From NCBI GenBank assembly GCA_964016885.1, contig OZ024740.1:103230001-103294000 (forward strand): DNA of 64,000 nt, read 5' to 3'. This document shows positions 61,908 through 64,000 of the stretch, piece after piece. The DNA is from Eledone cirrhosa. Lineage: Eukaryota. The stretch's first letter is position 1. Every line of letters begins with the position of its first letter. Made by a program: the position numbers and the translations under genes. The notes under the pieces are model-generated. The model did no database searches. It was not told the DNA's origin and saw nothing but the letters and a program-made list of their open reading frames with translations.

Positions 61908-64000
61908 TTGTTACTACAGCTGCAGTACACTTACATAAAATTATTACAATTACTGTTGTAGTACACTTACATAACATTATTGTTACACTAGCTGTAGTAC
62001 ACTTACATAACATTATTGTTACAATAGCTGTAGTACACTTACATAACATTATTGTTACACTAGCTGTAGTACACTTACATAACATTATTGTTACAATAGC
62101 TGTAGTATACTTACATAACATTATTGTTACAATAGCTGTAGTACACTTACATAACATTATTGTTACACTAGCTGTAGTACACTTACATAACATTATTGTT
62201 ACAATAGCTGTAGTACACTTACATAACATTATAGCTACTACTGTTGTAGTACACTTACATAACATTATTGTTACACTAGCTGTAGTACACTTACATAACA
62301 TTGTTGTTACAATAGCTGTAGTACACTTACATAACATTATTGTTACACTAGCTGTAGTACACTTACATAACATTATTGTTACAATAGCTGTAGTACACTT
62401 ACATAACATTATTGTTACACTAGCTGTAGTACACTTACATAACATTATTGTTACAATAGCTGTAGTATACTTACATAACATTATTGTTACAATAGCTGTA
62501 GTACACTTACATAACATTATAGCTACTACTGTTGTTGTACACTTACATAACATTATTGTTACAATAGCTGTAGTACACTTACATAACATTATTGTTACAA
62601 TAGCTGTAGTACACTTACATAACATTATAGCTACTACTGTTGTTGTACACTTACATAACATTATTGTTACAATAGCTGTAGTACACTTACATAACATTAT
62701 AGCTACTACTGTTGTTGTACACTTACATAACATTATTGTTACAATAGCTGTAGTACACTTACATAACATTATTGTTACACTAGCTGTAGTACACTTACAT
62801 AACATTATTGTTACACTAGCTGTAGTACACTTACATAACATTATAGTTACACTAGCTGTAGTACACTTACATAACATTATTGTTACAATAGCTGTAGTAC
62901 ACTTACATAACATTATAGCTACTACTGTTGTTGTACACTTACATAACATTATTGTTACAATAGCTGTAGTACACTTACATAACATTATTGTTACAATAGC
63001 TGTAGTACACTTACATAACATTATAGCTACTACTGTTGTTGTACACTTACATAACATTATTGTTACAATAGCTGTAGTACACTTACATAACATTATTGTT
63101 ACACTAGCTGTAGTACACTTACATAACATTATTGTTACAATAGCTGTAGTACACTTACATAACATTATAGCTACTACTGTTGTTGTACACTTACATAACA
63201 TTATTGTTACAATAGCTGTAGTACACTTACATAACGTTATTGTTACACTAGCTGTAGTACACTTACATAACATTATTGTTACAATAGCTGTAGTACGCTT
63301 ACATAACATTATAGCTACTACTGTTGTTGTACACTTACATAACATTATTGTTACACTAGCTGTAGTACACTTACATAACATTATTGTTACAATAGCTGTA
63401 GTACAGTTACATAACATTATTGTTACTACTGATGTTGTACACTTACATAAAATTATTGTTACAATAGCTGTAGTACACTTACATAACATTATTGTTACAA
63501 TAGCTGTAGTACACTTACATAACATTATTGTTACTACTGATGTTGTACACTTACATAAAATTATTGTTACAATAGCTGTAGTACACTTACATAACATTAT
63601 AGCTACTACTGTTGTTGTACACTTACATAACATTATTGTTACAATAGCTGTAGTACACTTACATAACATTATTACAATTACTGTTGTAGTACACTTACAT
63701 AACATTATTGTTACACTAGCTGTAGTACACTTACATAACATTATTGTTACAATAGCTGTAGTACACTTACATAACATTATTGTTACAATAGCTGTAGTAC
63801 ACTTACATAACATTATAGCTACTACTGTTGTTGTACACTTACATAACATTATTGTTACAATAGCTGTAGTACACTTACATAACATTATAGCTACTACTGT
63901 TGTTGTACACTTACATAACATTATTGTTACACTAGCTGTAGTACACTTACATAACATTATTGTTACAATAGCTGTAGTACACTTACATAACATTATTGTT
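61908..64000. repeat. 36-bp tandem satellite/minisatellite, running off the window end
   Basis: Unit gctgtagtacacttacataacattattgttacaata; ~58 copies with a few recurring variants; diverged units also at ~61620-61712. Confidence 0.97.

Noticed and set aside
61813-63993. 726-aa Cys/Thr-rich ORF (MLCKCTTAIVTI)n
   Set aside because: Translation of a 36-bp satellite that lacks stops in one frame; it ends inside a SINE and has no gene context
61908-64000. CRISPR-like array
   Set aside because: No unique spacers (only a few recurring variants), no cas genes, eukaryotic intron
45642-64000. Next upstream ZMYND10 exon (expected ...LSVLRYITD-like)
   Set aside because: Not found by eye on the minus strand; probably beyond the window, but tBLASTn is needed to be sure

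Overview
Eukaryotic, AT-rich, repeat-dense animal DNA. The repeat landscape suggests an octopus/coleoid cephalopod (inference, not confirmed). No prokaryotic features are present. Two host genes converge. On + are the last three coding exons of a gelsolin/severin-like gene (141-3758). On - are the last seven coding exons of ZMYND10 (45639-6152), whose upstream exons were not found in the window. The ZMYND10 introns are filled with (GAT)n-tailed RTE LINEs, R4/Dong-like LINEs, L1/Tx1, CR1, Penelope, Gypsy, Helitrons, a TTAA MITE, tRNA-SINEs, microsatellites and a 36-bp satellite. Highlights: (1) three hammerhead ribozyme motifs within 1 kb, sharing a U.U stem-II base and a palindromic ACUAGU in stem/loop III, plus a decayed one at the Penelope 3' end; (2) a 9.26-kb intronic inversion with reciprocal breakpoints at a 7-bp inverted microhomology between two unrelated LINEs; (3) a C4HC3 PHD-type finger embedded inside the RTE reverse transcriptase; (4) nested Helitrons; (5) a Dong element split into four collinear pieces; (6) a shared SINE/Tx1 3' end; (7) a duplicated splice donor in the gelsolin-like gene. 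Transposon boundaries were read by eye and are approximate.
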